NCBI GenBank assembly: GCA_044376115.1 | Contig: JBILLK010000003.1 | Coordinates: 320,001-384,000, forward strand | Origin: Polyangiaceae bacterium | GTDB taxonomy: Bacteria > Myxococcota_A > Polyangia > Polyangiales > Polyangiaceae | Direction: 5' to 3' | Length of the DNA stretch: 64,000 nt | Shown here: positions 29,436 through 37,680 of the stretch, one piece after another | Numbering within the stretch: the first letter of the stretch is position 1 | Layout of the letters: every line of letters starts with the position of its first letter | Position numbers and translations under genes: made by a program | The notes under the pieces: model-generated | Seen by the model: the letters and a program-made list of their open reading frames with translations, nothing else | What the model was told of the DNA's origin: nothing | The model's database searches: none

Positions 29436-31022
29436 CTACAGCGGGATGTTGCCGTGCTTGCGCTTCGGCCGGTCTTCACGCTTGGTGGCGAGAAACTCGA
29501 GCGCGTGGCCGAGGCGACGCCGCAGCTCATGCGGGTAGATCACCTCGTCGATGAAGCCGAGCTCAGCGGCCTTGTACGGGTTGGCGAACTTCGCCTTGTA
29601 CTCGGCGATGAACTCCGCGCGCGCCTTCACCGGATCTGCGGCCTTGGCGATGGCGTTGCGGTACACGATGTTGACCGCGCCGTCGGGGCCCATCACGGCG
29701 ATCTCCGAGGTGGGGAAGGCCAAGTTGTAGTCGGCGCGGATGTGCTTGGAGGCCATCACGTCGTAGGCGCCGCCGTAGGCTTTGCGGGTGATCACGGTCA
29801 CCTTCGGCACGGTGGCCTCGGCGAAGGCGTACAGCAGCTTGGCGCCGTGCACGATGATCCCGCCGTACTCCTGATCCGTCCCGGGGAGGAAGCCGGGCAC
29901 GTCGACGAACGTGACCAGCGGCAGGTTGAAGGCGTCACAGAAACGCACGAAGCGCGCGGCCTTGATGCTGGCCTTGATGTCGAGACAGCCTGCGAGCACC
30001 GCCGGCTGATTGGCGACCACGCCCACCGGGCGACCACCGATGCGAGCGAAGCCCACCACGATGTTCATCGCGTAGCGCTCGTGAAGCTCGAACAGCTCCC
30101 CGTTGTCCACCACGGCGCGCACGACGTTCTTGATGTCGTACGGCTTGTTCGACTCGGTTGGGATCATCGAGTCGAGCTCGGGTACGTCCCGCTCAACGAC
30201 GTCCGTCACTTGGGCGCGCGGCGCGTCTTCAGCGTTGTTGCTCGGTAGGAAGCTGAGCAGCTCGCGGACGCGCGCGATGGCCGAAGGATCATCCGGCGAA
30301 GAGAGGTGACACACGCCGCTCTTGGAAGCGTGCGTTGCGGCGCCACCGAGGTCTTCTTTGGTGACGTCTTCATTGGTGACCGTCTTGATCACCTCGGGGC
30401 CGGTGATGAACATGTAGCTCGACTTGTCCACCATCACCGTGAAGTCCGTGATGGCCGGCGAGTACACAGCGCCACCCGCACACGGGCCCATGATCAGGCT
30501 GATTTGCGGCACCACGCCGCTCGCCTGGGTGTTGCGCCAAAAGATCTCCGCGTAGCCGGCGAGCGATTCCACGCCTTCTTGAATGCGCGCACCACCGGAG
30601 TCATTGAGGCCAATCACTGGCAGCCCGGACTTCAACGCGAAGTCCATCAGCTTGCAGATCTTCTCGGCGTATGCGCCGGAGAGGCTCCCACCAAAAACGG
30701 TGAAATCCTGCGCGAAGATCGCCACGCGCCTGCCGTCTACTTTGCCCCACCCGGTAATGACGCCGTCGCCGAGGAACTTCTGCTTGTCCATTTCAAAGTC
30801 GACGCAGCGATGCGTGACGAAACGGTCCGTCTCGACGAAGGTGCCGGGATCACAAAGCAACTCAATGCGCTCGCGCGCCGTGAGTTTGCCCGCCTCATGC
30901 TGCTTCTCCACTCGAGCAGCACCGCCTCCTTCGAGGGCCTTCTTGTTCAGCTCATCAAGCTTGGCGAACAAGTCTGCCGGTGCGACGGAGGGCTTGGGTG
31001 CTGCTTTCGTGTCTTCAGCCAT
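29436..31022 (-). CDS. pccB: Acyl-CoA (propionyl-CoA) carboxylase carboxyltransferase beta subunit
   Basis: [56 protein letters not shown] terminus. Confidence 0.93.
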   Translation of the reverse strand: MAEDTKAAPKPSVAPADLFAKLDELNKKALEGGGAARVEKQHEAGKLTARERIELLCDPGTFVETDRFVTHRCVDFEMDKQKFLGDGVITGWGKVDGRRVAIFAQDFTVFGGSLSGAYAEKICKLMDFALKSGLPVIGLNDSGGARIQEGVESLAGYAEIFWRNTQASGVVPQISLIMGPCAGGAVYSPAITDFTVMVDKSSYMFITGPEVIKTVTNEDVTKEDLGGAATHASKSGVCHLSSPDDPSAIARVRELLSFLPSNNAEDAPRAQVTDVVERDVPELDSMIPTESNKPYDIKNVVRAVVDNGELFELHERYAMNIVVGFARIGGRPVGVVANQPAVLAGCLDIKASIKAARFVRFCDAFNLPLVTFVDVPGFLPGTDQEYGGIIVHGAKLLYAFAEATVPKVTVITRKAYGGAYDVMASKHIRADYNLAFPTSEIAVMGPDGAVNIVYRNAIAKAADPVKARAEFIAEYKAKFANPYKAAELGFIDEVIYPHELRRRLGHALEFLATKREDRPKRKHGNIPL

Positions 31023-31043
31023 GGGCGGGAACCACCAAACCGC

Positions 31044-31157
31044 TCACTTAGCGCGTTGATAGATGCGGTTACGGCGATTGCGATTCTTCGCCTTGTTCTT
31101 CGCCTTCAGCCGCGCAGTCTTCTTGCGGTTGTTCTTACGGGGACCTTTGTTGAGCAT
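31044..31157 (-). CDS. Small very basic protein (37 aa, MLNKGPRKNNRKKTARLKAKNKAKNRNRRNRIYQRAK); not in ORF track
   Basis: Manual translation; clean ORF just upstream of pccB, mostly Lys/Arg/Asn, AAG/AAC/CGC codons. Confidence 0.65.
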   Translation of the reverse strand: MLNKGPRKNNRKKTARLKAKNKAKNRNRRNRIYQRAK

Positions 31158-31287
31158 CAAAAACATGGGAAACCTCGGGGGACGCGAACCCTAGTCGACG
31201 AAGCGAGGTCGATCAAGCGTTTGCGCCGCCTTGTTACAAGCACATATCGCATGTGCAGTGCTCGGTCGCGGGCGGCTCGGAGGGGGA

Positions 31288-31420
31288 GGCGTCACGGCAG
31301 CGAGGGATGGGCGGTCGAAGTGGACGTTTTATTGAGAAGGGCGCTCGATCGGCCGGGGATGGGCGCGTGAATTCAACAAAACGTCCAGTTGGAGTGCCCA
31401 TCCTCGCAGAGCCATGGCGT
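31288..31420. repeat. REPIN-like hairpin element, copy 2 (downstream of transposase)
   Basis: TGGACGTTTTATTGA (31321) / TCAACAAAACGTCCA (to 31387), extended by GGATGGGC / GCCCATCC arms. Confidence 0.85.
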
Positions 31421-32340
31421 TACGGTCCTTGCGCGAAGTCGGGGCGCACCGCATCGCTGTCATCGTTGGCGTCAGCGTCCTGCAGCTGGCCCGACCGGCG
31501 CCACTTCGTTGCTTCGAAGCTCCAACGCCGAAGCCGTGGGTCGAGCGCACAACGTTTGGCTGCGTCGAGCTGGGCGCTGCGTACACTTCCTGAGGCCCAA
31601 CGAGCGTGCACGCCGTTGGCGGTCATGGCGCACAGCGGACCGAGCTTTCGTGGGTGGACGCCTGCGTGCCGTGCAAGCTCGAGAAAGAGCGCACGTGCTT
31701 TCGTGCGTCGTTGTACATCGAGCGGTTCGGCGCGAAGGCAAGAGGCCGCCGCTTCCGCTAGCCACGCGAGCGGCACGCTGCAGAGCTGCTCGTTCGTCGC
31801 TGGGTGGCCAAGCTCGGTACCCTCGAGGTTGCACGTCGGATCGGCCGAGACGTAGTGGTGATAGCGCGCCGCAAAGTCGTGGCGCCAAGCAGGGGGAGCG
31901 ACCAACGGCGCGAGATCCGCAGCTCGCACCCACGGATCTGCGATAGCACCGAGCACGTCGCGATGGGTCGACCAGGGCCACGAAAGCGGATCGGCCACGA
32001 GCTGCGCGCGCACCGGATTGAGCGCCACATAGCGCAGCTGACGCAGCAGCTTCTGGCGGTCCGCGATGGCCTGCGGCGACGGTACCGCCCACGACAATCG
32101 ACGTTCCATCAAGCCCGAGCGCGCAAGGTTCCCCACGATCAAAGCAAGCGCCGCGCGCGCGGCGTGAGGCTCATCGCTCGACGCGATCAGGTGCAAATGG
32201 TCCGGCATGATCACGGCGCCCAACGCATCCGGAAATGCGCGCCGAAAACGCTGCCAGAGCCAGCGCGCCACGGCATGCGCGCTCAGCGGAGTTAGGCCAA
32301 CGTGCGTGCGAGCGGTCAGATGAAAGTACCTCGTCGTCAT
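31420..32340 (-). mobile_element. REP-associated tyrosine transposase (RAYT / Y1 HUH, IS200-like fold) with C-terminal extension
   Basis: YFHLTAR, VIMPDHLHLI (HUH), LRYVALNPVRAQLV (catalytic Tyr, NPV) and WPWST motifs; flanked by hairpin repeats. Confidence 0.85.
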
Positions 32341-32459
32341 CCTGCGACCGGAGCAAACCGCGCGCCCGCTGACGTGGAGCACGATCGTGCGGCAAAACCG
32401 CCTAGAGCCGCTCAACGACGCCGGCGGCCGCCCAAACTCGGCTAGCGTCCGCCACCGGG

Positions 32460-32620
32460 AGGCAGCGGGAGGGATGGGCGTCACGGCAGCGAGGGGAGGG
32501 CGTCACGGCAGCGTGGGGATGGGCGGTCGAAGTGGACGTTTTGTTGAATTCACGCGCCCTTCCCCGGTCGATCGAGGGCGTATCTCAACAAAACGCCCAA
32601 TTCGGCGGGCGATCCCCCCG
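32460..32620. repeat. REPIN-like hairpin element, copy 3 (upstream of transposase) preceded by ~22-bp tandem units
   Basis: TGGACGTTTTGTTGA (32533) / TCAACAAAACGCCCA (to 32599); GGGCGTCACGGCAGCG repeated at ~32476 and ~32498. Confidence 0.85.
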
Positions 32621-32653
32621 CGCCCGCTCCCTCCGCGCGACCGCGCCCCGCGC

Positions 32654-34186
32654 TCAATCGAGCATGGCCTGCAGCATCGCGTCACAACCTGCGCCGCTGA
32701 CCACCAGCCTTCGCTCGCTGCCGGCGCTGCACAGCGCCTGGCCGGGTTCGCCGAACTCGCCCTGCTGTGCGAAGTAGACGCCAAAGATACGGTCTTGCTG
32801 ATCGCGCACGAACAGCGCGGGCGGCTCGCGGCCATCGCTTGCGGGGACGATCACGAACGGGAGGGCCTTCTGAAAAAACGCCGCGCGCAGCTCACCCATA
32901 CTGAGTTCGCTCACGATCTTGCCACCCACCTTCTGCGCGGACGCTGACGGCGGTGCGCTCGGCGTAAACTCGATGGGCGCTGCGACGGTGGCCAGGCCGC
33001 CTTCGAGCTGAGGGAAGCTCAGCCCTCGAAAGGTTCGTTCGATGCAAGTGACGGTCTCGGCGTGCTTCAACTCACTGCTCGAGGTCACCCTGCCGACCTT
33101 GCCATTGGGCCCGATCACGGAGTTCACCGTGACTGTTCCGCCTAGCGTTGGGTCCTGTTTGAGCGCGAGCTCGTAGCACAAGCGGATGCGCCCAAACTCT
33201 CGGCGCACAATGCGCCGGACGATCTCCGGCTCGAGTTTTCCCTTCACGGTCAGCTTGCCTAGAAGCATCGTGGGCGTTGGGCGGCTCGGCGCGAATCCAC
33301 CGACGATGTCCTCCCCGAGCCCGCGCGACGAGCCACCCTGGCCGCTGTTCAGCAATGTAAGGACGCCGCTATTGTGCGGCGGCGATGCTTGCACAACAGT
33401 CGCAGCCGCTTCAGCGCCCTCTTCGGGCCCCGGCAATAGCAGCACGCTCAGCGCGTATTCCGCTGCTTCGCGAGGCTGCGCGATCTGGAGCCGCATGAGC
33501 ACGCGTTGCATACACGCATGAGCCTCACTCGGCGTAGGCGTGCCCCAGCCAAAGCTTATTGTCGCTCCCACGCGAAGTACGCCCCATGCGGGCTCTTGGA
33601 GCCGGGGTTCGGCGCCAAAGGCGCAACGCCGCAGCTGCTCGTTGGCTGCACCCAAAATTCCTTCCCAAACAGGCGGAACTCGGCCGTTTTGTGCGCTCCA
33701 CGCAACCGCTGCTGCGTGCTGGCGAAGTTTGAACCGAGGCTCGATTTCGGCTGGTTGGTAGCCGCCCGCGAAGCGCAACGTGTACTCGATCGATTGGCCG
33801 TTGAGGTTGGTGTTGATTGGGTTCAACGCAGCTTGAACGCAGCTTGCAGCCGCTAGCGACGCGAGCTCGCCGCTGACCGAGGTTGCCTTCGCTTGGTCGG
33901 CGCCGTTCAGTTGAAATACCAGCTCGCCTCGTAGCCACGGCTCGCGTTCGAGCGCCGGCTTGAGGCACGCGGCCACTTGGGTGCTGACCTGACGCACAGC
34001 GCGCTCGGCGTTGGGCGCCGTGCCGGAGACCACTTCGACGATGCCGAGCGGTTGCAAAGCGGAGGGAGGTAAGGCTGCGTCGTCCCTGGTGTCGTTGAGC
34101 GGCATGTCGAGCGCAGGGCTCGCGGCGCAACCGAATAGAGCGAGCGTCAGACTGAGCGTCGTCCGAGTCATGCGCTCCTTTACCAT
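32654..34186 (-). CDS. AgmX/PglI C-terminal (TonB_C-like) domain-containing lipoprotein
   Basis: GKLEPEIVRRIVRREFGRIRLCYELALKQDPTLGGTVTV...CIERTFRGLSFP; LFGC lipobox. Confidence 0.75.
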   Translation of the reverse strand: MVKERMTRTTLSLTLALFGCAASPALDMPLNDTRDDAALPPSALQPLGIVEVVSGTAPNAERAVRQVSTQVAACLKPALEREPWLRGELVFQLNGADQAKATSVSGELASLAAASCVQAALNPINTNLNGQSIEYTLRFAGGYQPAEIEPRFKLRQHAAAVAWSAQNGRVPPVWEGILGAANEQLRRCAFGAEPRLQEPAWGVLRVGATISFGWGTPTPSEAHACMQRVLMRLQIAQPREAAEYALSVLLLPGPEEGAEAAATVVQASPPHNSGVLTLLNSGQGGSSRGLGEDIVGGFAPSRPTPTMLLGKLTVKGKLEPEIVRRIVRREFGRIRLCYELALKQDPTLGGTVTVNSVIGPNGKVGRVTSSSELKHAETVTCIERTFRGLSFPQLEGGLATVAAPIEFTPSAPPSASAQKVGGKIVSELSMGELRAAFFQKALPFVIVPASDGREPPALFVRDQQDRIFGVYFAQQGEFGEPGQALCSAGSERRLVVSGAGCDAMLQAMLD

Positions 34187-34226
34187 TCTCCTTCGTGCGG
34201 CGCTGTTTACCGACTAGCTTTGAAGC

Positions 34227-34763
34227 GTGCCCAGCAACCTCCTTTGGCAAGCAACGCTGCTCGCGACGGCGCTTCTTTGCGGGTGCGGCGCCAACGTCAG
34301 CAAGACCTACGAGAGTGATGTGCGCTTCGAGCGTTGTTACTCGCTCGATTGGCACGAGGGCGTGGATCCAGAGCTGCGCCGCAAGTGTTGGGAGGAGTGG
34401 GCGCAGCACTATTCGGAAGGGCAACCGCGAGACCGCGTGCAATTCGCCAAACGTCAGTTGGCTCCCGGCGCTGGGCCAGAGGCTGCTTCCTCGAGCCAGG
34501 TTGCTCCAGTTAGCTCGGCGCCAGCCGCGCTGCCTGAACCAACCAGCGTCTTTAGTCCTGTGCCGATGATGGCCACACCCGGCGCAGCGACGGCCTCCGC
34601 TTCGGCGAGCGCGGCCTCACCTGCACCTCGGTCGAGCTGCGAGCTGCGCTGTGACAAGGCGCTCGAGGCCTGCTTGGGCGGCTGCTCTTCAGCCGTTTGC
34701 GAGGGCTTTTGTGCGCAGCGCCACAGCCGCTGTACGCCCAAGTGTCCGGCTATAGCCAAGTGA
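34227..34763 (+). CDS. Hypothetical Cys-containing lipoprotein
   Basis: LCGC lipobox, C-terminal CxxxC cluster. Confidence 0.6.
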   Translation: MPSNLLWQATLLATALLCGCGANVSKTYESDVRFERCYSLDWHEGVDPELRRKCWEEWAQHYSEGQPRDRVQFAKRQLAPGAGPEAASSSQVAPVSSAPAALPEPTSVFSPVPMMATPGAATASASASAASPAPRSSCELRCDKALEACLGGCSSAVCEGFCAQRHSRCTPKCPAIAK

Positions 34764-34814
34764 TGGAGTGACTCGGCGGAAAGACTTCGCCTCGCGCAGA
34801 CGTTGATCGTAAGC

Positions 34815-36071
34815 ATGGCAGACCACCGGGCCCATCCCGTCATGACCGATCGACCCATCGAAGAAGAAGTCCGCGTATTGAAACCGCGCCGCGCCGCTCC
34901 GGCTGACGCCGTGCGGCCAACGCGCGCGGAGATCAGCCTCACGGCATTGCGTCACAACCTGCGCGCGGTGAAGAACGCCGTGCAGCAGGAGCATGGACCA
35001 TCCCCCGCGGTTTGGGGCGTGCTCAAAGCCGACGGCTACGGTCACGGCGCGCCGGCGGTTGCGCGCACGCTCGAGCGAGCCGGTATCGACGGCTTGTGCG
35101 TCGCTTTGCTCGAGGAGGGCGTCGAGCTGCGTGAGGCCGGGCTCGAGCTGCCGATCATCGTGATGGGCGGTTATTACGGGCCGCATCATCGCGGGCTCGA
35201 GGACGCGCTCGCTCACCGGCTGACGCCGGTGCTTTACGAGCGCGGCCAAGTCGAGCGTCTGCGACACATCGCGAGTACGCAGCCGGAGCTCTCACCGGCC
35301 GGCGAGCGCGTGAGCTTCCATCTCAAGGTGGACACCGGCATGGCTCGTCTCGGCGCGTCTCCCAGTGAGTTGCGCGATCTGTTCGACGAGGTGGCCGGCT
35401 CGCCGGGGCTCGCGCTGAGCGGGCTGATGTCGCACTTCGCCACCGCCGACGATCCCGATCCGAGCGGCGCGCTGACGCAGCTCGCGCGCTTTCGCGCCGT
35501 GAGCGAGGACCTCGCTGCGCGCGGTATCGAGCCGTCGGTGTTGCACATCGCCAATAGCGCCGGCGCGCTGCGTTTTCCCAACGCACGGCTGGGCGCGACG
35601 CGCATCGGTCTCGCGCTCTACGGCATTGAGCCGTGCCCGCTGGGAGACGCGCAGCCGCAGATCGATCTGCGCCCAACCATGCGGGTGCGCACCGAGATCG
35701 TCGCCTTGCGCACGCTCGCCGACGGCGATCGGGTCGGCTACGGCCACACTTGGACGGCCGTGGGTGAGCGCAGGATCGCCACCGTGCCGATCGGGTACGC
35801 CGACGGGCTCTCGCGAGCGTTGTCCAACCGCGGGCACATGCTGCTGCGTGGTCATCGCGTGCCGATCGTGGGCATCGTGTCGATGGACCTCACGACCATC
35901 GACGTCACCGACGTACCGGGCGCAGCGCTGGGAGACGAGGTGGTGGTGCTCGGCGCTCAAGAGGGGGAGCGAATCACCGCCGAGGAGATCGCTGAACACA
36001 TGCGAACGATTCCTTGGGAGGTCGTGACTAGCATCTCGCGGCGGGTGCCTCGGTTTTACCGCGAGCCGTGA
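34815..36071 (+). CDS. alr: Alanine racemase
   Basis: VLKADGYGHG (PLP Lys), HLKVDTGMARLG, PIGYADG, VSMD. Confidence 0.95.
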   Translation: MADHRAHPVMTDRPIEEEVRVLKPRRAAPADAVRPTRAEISLTALRHNLRAVKNAVQQEHGPSPAVWGVLKADGYGHGAPAVARTLERAGIDGLCVALLEEGVELREAGLELPIIVMGGYYGPHHRGLEDALAHRLTPVLYERGQVERLRHIASTQPELSPAGERVSFHLKVDTGMARLGASPSELRDLFDEVAGSPGLALSGLMSHFATADDPDPSGALTQLARFRAVSEDLAARGIEPSVLHIANSAGALRFPNARLGATRIGLALYGIEPCPLGDAQPQIDLRPTMRVRTEIVALRTLADGDRVGYGHTWTAVGERRIATVPIGYADGLSRALSNRGHMLLRGHRVPIVGIVSMDLTTIDVTDVPGAALGDEVVVLGAQEGERITAEEIAEHMRTIPWEVVTSISRRVPRFYREP

Positions 36072-36083
36072 TACCGTAGGCGG

Positions 36084-37169
36084 ATGCGGCTTGTCGGCGC
36101 TTTGCTTGGTCTTTCTCTCATGGCGTGCGGTGACGGTCGTGACCCTGGCGGCTCCAGCAGCAATGGCGGCACCGACCCGACGGGGTCGAGTGCGAGCTTC
36201 GTCGATCCGGGAGAGACTTTTTGCGGGGATGAGTCGCACACGCCGATTCAAACCAAACCGCTCGTTTACTTCGTGCTCGACTCGTCCGGCAGCATGCGGG
36301 CGACCTACGGAGAAGGCATCAAGTCGCGCTATGTCGCGGTCGGGCAGGGCGCTCGCGATATGGTTGAATCGCTCAAAAACGTGATTCGTTTGGGCGTTAC
36401 GTTGTTTCCGGGCAAGGCCGATGTCTGTGGAGCGGGCGACGAGGTCTATCCGCCCGGAGCCGCCAATCCCGAAGCGTTCGTTAACGCAATCGACGTCTTT
36501 CCGGAGGGTGGAACGCCGATCTCCTCAACGCTGGAGGTGGTGAAAGATCGGCTCGCTGGTCAGACCGGACCAACCGCCGTCGTGCTGCTTACCGACGGTG
36601 CGCCCAACTGCAACCCAGCCCTCGAGTGCGAGCCCAGCAGCTGCACGATTCATATCGAGGATGCGTGCGCCGCGGCGAGCTGCTGCTCGCTCAGCAATTG
36701 TTGCGCGGGCTTCGGGGAGAACTGTGTGGACCACCTGGCGATGCTCGACGCGGTCGCTGCGCTGAAGGAGGCCGGCATTCTCGTGTACGTGGTGGGCATC
36801 CCTGGCACCGAGGCGTACGAGACCGTGCTCGATCTCGCTGCCACGAACGGCGGCACAGCACAGGAAACAGGACCAACGAAGTACTATCGAGTTTCGGAGT
36901 TGGACGAGATCAGCGAGGTCTTCAAGACCATCGTCGCGGGCCTGATCGAGTGCCGCGTTTCGCTCACCACGGCACCTCCGGTCCCCGAAAAGACCAACGT
37001 CTACTTCGATGATGCGGTGGTCCCTTTCGACCCGGAGAACGGCTGGTCCTGGGAGACCGACGAGCACCTCGGGGTGATCTTTTCGGGTGCGGCCTGCTCC
37101 GACGTGAAGGGCGGTCACGTCGCGAAGATCCAGGTTCTTTCAGGTTGCCCCACCGTCGTGCCGAAGTGA
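36084..37169 (+). CDS. von Willebrand factor A domain lipoprotein (CglB-like)
   Basis: MIDAS motif LDSSGSM, GGTP, LLTDGAPNC; Cys-rich insert; LMAC lipobox. Confidence 0.8.
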   Translation: MRLVGALLGLSLMACGDGRDPGGSSSNGGTDPTGSSASFVDPGETFCGDESHTPIQTKPLVYFVLDSSGSMRATYGEGIKSRYVAVGQGARDMVESLKNVIRLGVTLFPGKADVCGAGDEVYPPGAANPEAFVNAIDVFPEGGTPISSTLEVVKDRLAGQTGPTAVVLLTDGAPNCNPALECEPSSCTIHIEDACAAASCCSLSNCCAGFGENCVDHLAMLDAVAALKEAGILVYVVGIPGTEAYETVLDLAATNGGTAQETGPTKYYRVSELDEISEVFKTIVAGLIECRVSLTTAPPVPEKTNVYFDDAVVPFDPENGWSWETDEHLGVIFSGAACSDVKGGHVAKIQVLSGCPTVVPK

Positions 37170-37666
37170 GCGAAGGGCTGCAGATCACGCTGGCGAGCGG
37201 TGATGCAGCGTCCCAGTTGTTGCGTTTGGGCGCCGCGCTCGAGCAGGAGGCGCGCGGCGCGCTTGGCGACCACGCCTTTTCGCTCGCGCATGAGCTCGGT
37301 CGTCCCAGCGGTGGGGTGCTGGTGGCGTGGCTTGCCGATGTTCCGATCGGCTTGCTCAGCTTTCTGCGCGTCGCCGACGAACTGCACCTGCTGAGCGTCG
37401 TGGTGACGGAGGCTCACCTGCGCGCTGGGGTTGGCATGCGCTTGGTGACGGCTGCTCAGGAGTTGGGCCGCGCCGACGGCGCCGCTGTGTTCCTGTTGGA
37501 GGTGAGGCGAAGCAACCTAGCGGCTCGTCGCTTGTACGAGCGGCTAGGTTTTTTTTGCTTCAATGTACGCAAGGCCTACTACCCCGACGGCGAGGATGCG
37601 CTCGAGCTCGTGGTGGAACTCGAGCCCGGCCAGGCTGACCGCTTCCTGCCTGCGGTCACGCCCTAG
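37166..37666 (+). CDS. rimI: GNAT N-acetyltransferase, RimI-like
   Basis: ADELHLLSVVV...LEVRRSNLAARRLYERLGF...RKAYYPDGEDA. Confidence 0.75.
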   Translation: MSEGLQITLASGDAASQLLRLGAALEQEARGALGDHAFSLAHELGRPSGGVLVAWLADVPIGLLSFLRVADELHLLSVVVTEAHLRAGVGMRLVTAAQELGRADGAAVFLLEVRRSNLAARRLYERLGFFCFNVRKAYYPDGEDALELVVELEPGQADRFLPAVTP

Positions 37667-37680
37667 CGCGGCTCGCGGCT

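Noticed and set aside
23745..32620. Composite transposon bounded by hairpin copies 1 and 3
   Set aside because: The span includes housekeeping pccB, no target duplication is visible, and HUH enzymes do not use terminal inverted repeats this way.
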